Part shown: positions 59,442 through 64,000 of the stretch, one piece after another | How positions within the stretch are numbered: the first letter of the stretch is position 1 | Layout: every line of letters begins with the position of its first letter | Source of the DNA: Lepidodermella squamata | Lineage: Eukaryota > Animalia > Gastrotricha | DNA length: 64,000 bases | Reading direction: 5' to 3' | NCBI GenBank assembly: GCA_047495785.1 | Contig: JBLDXI010000042.1 | Coordinates: 1,798,001-1,862,000 of the forward strand | Notes under the pieces: model-generated | Database searches by the model: none | What the model saw: the letters and a program-made list of their open reading frames with translations, nothing else | What the model was told of the DNA's origin: nothing | Program-made: the position numbers and the translations under genes

Positions 59442-62400
59442 TTAGTGATGGATCGCTAAAATGCTCGATCTCATAGTCAGAATAGCTGGATTCTTGCATA
59501 GAGCCTGCCCAAATGAAATACACTGAATGAAAAATCATAAAAAAGCTCAATTCGCCCACTTTTGGCAGTATCACTAGGCCGAATGAAGTAGCAGAAAATA
59601 GGACAGCTAAGCTAGTCCCTAGCGGAAGAATGTAATCTGGACCGAGACGGAAACCAAGAAGCGTTGTAGCCATTAGAAACAGGGCGATACAGTAAAGAGC
59701 TCGACTGACGCGTCTTTTTTGAACAGCCAAATCGAAATTACATTCGGTCGAGTGTAGATTCTAAAAGTAGGCTGTTATATATTTTCACTTTTTTAAGGAT
59801 TTAAAACTTTAAATTTTCAAGATTCGTGTCGATATATAAATCCATTTTTGCATACTTTAGAAATTTTTAGAAATTTTCTTTAACAGAAAACAATTTTACG
59901 TTCAAAGCAGCTCGAAAGACTTACATTGCAGGATTTGAATGACGCGTAGCAAGCGTAAACAAAAGTAATGAAATGAAGAGCGGCCAAACCGATCGCTATA
60001 GTCTGCGCCTCGTCCGGATATGCTGAGACAACCAGCTTGTAATAAAAGGCTTGAAATATCGAACTCGCATCATAATCTTCATAAAACATTGGCCCGATTT
60101 CTCGCACTGTTTCCAATGGGCCTGTAGCAAATATTCCAATAACAAGGAAGCAGTTCAGAGCGAAAATTGCAGCTTTTAAACAGCTAGGTCCTGTTCGAAA
60201 TTCTCGGACCTGCAAACTGGATTCGCTGGGTAGTCTGATACATTGCTTTTCATTTGATAAGGAGGGTTTCAGGATTTGGCGAGAACGTCTGCTGTTGGAA
60301 CATTTCAGCCTTGCATCTAGTAATTCGATGTAGCCGATAATGCTGAGCATTGTGGTTACAAAGCCGATAGAAGCAAAAATAGCAATGGCCATGGCGCAAA
60401 CTGCGATACTAGTTCTCATTGAATGAGTTATCGGCATTGCAAGGCCAGAGAGACAAGTTACAACGTTGCCGAAGCCGAGAATTTTCTCGTAGAGGCTAAA
60501 ATAGGTCGAGTGAATGGGGTTTGCACCGAAAGTAATGAATAGCATCGTCGAAAGCATAGAAATCGAGAGAATTGTAGAAATACCTGTAAATCAAACCAAA
60601 GCAATCACTTATCTTTGAATCCTGTGTTTTGGGGAAAATGGATGCATCTCTCACCAAACATTGTTGCAGCAACAAGCTGCGGTATCAAAGGAACTTCTAC
60701 ATGCACGATAATGGGTCTGTCCAGCGGCGGTAATCCATCTTTCGTCCTCCATTTGACAAGATCGCGCCGCAGAGTAAGAGGATTTGACCGGTTATTTGAT
60801 TGGTAAATCCCAACCAGGAATTGATCAGGGTACTTGCTGAAGTCCTCCGCATTTATCAGCTGAAATATCGTCGCAGGGGTGTAGCCGTTTGAATTGACTG
60901 TTGTAGCCCGGTCAAAGTCGTAAATCCCCTTGAAGCCTCGCACATGCGTCGAATATATTGCTTCTTCGTAGATTTTCATGATTTCCGAAGCATTTTCGCG
61001 GAATTTTTCAGAATTTACCGTCCAATCGAGTAGGGTTTGATTTCTGCCCCGCAGAATCGATTCAGTTCTATTGAGGACGAAGCCGAGATACAGCCCAGCG
61101 TCGTAGTACACAGTCCGCCAATACTGCCAGCCAACCGACTCCTCGGGTCGGTTGATTTTGGACTTCATACCTTCAATAAACTGTGCGCCACTGAGCCCAG
61201 TCGAATCCGTCCAATCTTCTCCGTAGACATCCAGAAGTGAAGAATCGCCAATGAAAAACGCTCCCTCGTAAACTTGAGCGATCATCATCTTCGTGCACCA
61301 AGATTCAATATATTCTGGGATGTAGCAATCGCTTGGAGGGGTGTAGACCCAGTTTACGAAGAACAGGGCGTATGATGGTCCGAACATTTTGTACCGATGC
61401 AGCCAGCATGCCATAGCCGATGCGGAATCGCCATTTACGAAAATAATCCGCTGATCATGCGATTTCAACTCATCGAAATTCGAAACCAACTCGTCACTGT
61501 TCGACGACATATACGTTACTTTGCCAACCCACGCTAAGGGTATGTTCATTCGCATGAGAACGGGAAAGAAATATCGCTCGATCTGGCAAAGTGGCAAGAA
61601 GATACTTGAAAGGTTTCAGCTTCATAAAATCGCACTTACTGCGTTGAAGTAGGAATCGATTTCCGATATGACGGCAATCTGACGCCAGCCCATCTGTGAG
61701 ACGAATGAGGCCAATGCGATGTAGGGTTTGTCGCCTGTTTCGCCAAGCCCGAAAAACTGCTTGTATCGCTTGCGTTGTAGTAGAAATTCTGGCGTGTTTT
61801 GAACCAAGGCCATCTGCAATCAGAAATATTTTATATAATTAAAATAGAGTCTCCGAAATATGTGGATTATTGATGGTAATATACAGTATATCCACTACTT
61901 TCGGTGGTCATTATTTGCAGTTTTGGGAAGTTTCCAGGGTTCCAGGAAATGTAGCTAAAGGTTCCCTTGGCTGCGAAAAGGTTCGGGAATGTTTTTCCAG
62001 CTTAGGAAGGTCAGTGGAAATAGCTCAGGTTCGATAAATATCCCGAAATTCAATATCGATGTTTCAAGCTCGGAAATCGAACAAAGGTTAGAAGTCCAAG
62101 TCTGGACAAGTTTTCAAGGTTCCCGGGACAGCCATAAAGGTTCTGTAAGGTCTGTGTAATTTGTATGAAATATACTGCGAAGAGTTTGAAAGGTTCACAA
62201 AAAATCCTATTGAATTTGCTGAGACTTTAATATCAGAGGTTCAGAAAAGGTTCAATAAAGCGATTTGAGCTTCGAAATATAGTTAATTTCAACCTCTATC
62301 ACCTACCCCTGTTAGGTTGTAGTAATTCAGAACTTCAGCAGATGTTTCTTGAGCTGAACACGCTGTAAGGAACATGAGTGAGATTCGATTTAATTCGGCA

Positions 62401-62828
62401 GCATCGTTTTGATTCCGCTGAATCTGGTGCATCAAGCCAGTCACTGTCTCCGAATCAATGCATTCGTCATCAATCAGATCCAAAGCAAGTTCATAGCCAG
62501 GCAGCCAGTTCTCCAAGCCAGCGAATCTGTCGAGAGCTAATTCAAGTGATTTTGTACTAATCGGACCTGTGGCTAAAGGTCCCAGGTAGTTAATTGATAT
62601 TAAAATTGTGATGATTTTCGTCCTTTTCGATGTCGATTTCGTGTTGAAGTGGGTTGAAGTCACAAATCGAGGCATTGGATCCCTTAATTCAGCAATTATT
62701 TGAGCTGATGAGCTTAGATTCTTGATGACCGATTTCAGTTCAGCGATTCCAGCTGCTTCAGATTTCATAGCTGAAATAATTTCGAGAAAATTGAGGAAAA
62801 TGGTGAAAAATCGTGATTTGAACTTCAT
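59442..62828 (-). CDS. Divergent GABA-B-like class C GPCR, copy 2
   Basis: Same six-exon structure and high similarity to 38758-42377, in inverted orientation. The last exon reads ALCKNPAILTMRSSILAIHH*. Confidence 0.85.
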
Positions 62829-63182
62829 TTTCGAAACATTTGAAATGAAGTCCGAACAAATTAATTCTATCGACCTTTTCCATCGATACCCTCGAGCTTC
62901 CGGCTTTTATCTATGTTCGTTCATGATTTCCTTCCGGGAAATTTCTTCGCAGTAATGTTTCTATTTAAAGTTACATTTGACGTTGTTTTTCAAACGTTTA
63001 ATTTTGAATTAATTTTTCAAATATTTTCCTCTCATATTTAATTTGTTGTTTTTGACGTAAAAATTGTGCATCACCTGTTTTGTTTTTCATTCATTAAAGG
63101 ATCAATCGCGTGCCTGAAATTGCTCAAGCAATTTTTGATGTTTATTTCTCACTATTATTTTCAATTTTCGTTCGAAAAATAT

Positions 63183-64000
63183 ATGAGGTTGATAATCGCT
63201 GTTTTAGCAATCGGCTGTTTAGCCGTGGCTTGGGGCGATGCGCCAGAAATGGCCATGCCTGGGTTCCAGCCGCCGGATATGCCTAGTAATCAGGATGGTG
63301 GAATCGAAATTAAGCCGCAAATCAAGGATGCTGAATCGGTAATTTTCAATTCTTCCACAAATAGTCAATCATAATTTGTGCAGAGATAATTAGCCTTCAA
63401 ATATTCAAAAATTATTCAAATATTTGGATTCAGAGTATTAGGATTTCAGTAGTCCTCGCTAATTAATTTAGGCTCATTTAAAATTATTCCAATAAAATTT
63501 ATTTGGCTGAATTTATTTTTGCAATTTAAAAAATTCAAAAAATAATGAAAAATAATTTAAAAATTATATCTGAAGTCTCATTTTAATTTTCGATGTAGCT
63601 AAGGATTTTACCCAATTTTCCAGAATTTTTTGGATTTTCTAAAAATTACATGAATTATTCAACATTTAACCGGATTTTTCTCGATTTTTCCTGGATAGCA
63701 GTAAAAAATAACAGATTTTTTTTATATTTTTTCCTAAAATTCAGCTCACGAAGGAGGAGATTTTGGATAGGCTATCGAACAAATTTCGAGCCAGCATGCG
63801 CATTCCGCACGACGAGTGTCCGGACAATTTGCTGAACAGAATTTACAAGAAGCAAGACCGCGATACGCTTGCGTCGATGCTTATGCAAATTGCGCCCAAG
63901 CAATACTCGCAACAGCCACGCGTTAACGCCATCCCGCGAAGCGTTCGAGTGTGGCCGTCACGCCTCGTTCCTTACGCTTTCATCGACTATATGTGTAAGC
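63183..64000 (+). CDS. Astacin-like metalloprotease precursor, 5' part (runs off window)
   Basis: Signal peptide MRLIIAVLAIGCLAVAWG, then a pro-region. Exon 63744-63994 ends RVNAIPRSVRVWPSRLVPYAF, matching the astacin mature N-terminus pattern NA..WP...VPY. The HExxH motif is not in the window. Confidence 0.7.

Overview
Eukaryotic (invertebrate animal) genomic DNA with many short spliceosomal introns of about 50-60 nt, so the ORF track fragments nearly every gene. The gene models below were spliced by hand. The left ~37 kb is a birth-and-death array of secreted C-type lectin (CTL) genes. Family A is signal peptide + conserved aromatic/basic pro-segment + Thr stalk + an unrecognised 4-Cys module + CTLD. 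Family B is signal peptide + four tandem 4-Cys modules + CTLD, and one gene is an in-frame B/A chimera. The array also holds a secreted ankyrin-sushi(CCP)-ankyrin gene, a full-length frameshifted Buster-type hAT transposon, many MITEs with clean TSDs (one nested set of four) and a decayed Cys-loop ion-channel gene. The right ~27 kb is bounded by an inverted duplication of a divergent GABA-B-like class C GPCR plus an orphan gene. Between the arms lie a longer secreted ankyrin-CCP-ankyrin-LDLa x9 gene ending in an FxRIamide-like motif and two tandem NEK-like kinase-SAM(-ankyrin) genes. An astacin-like gene begins at the right edge. The strongest novelty candidates are the apparently extracellular ankyrin mosaic proteins with conserved Cys pairs and the 4-Cys repeat module of the lectins. 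The organism was not identified, and no database searches were possible.
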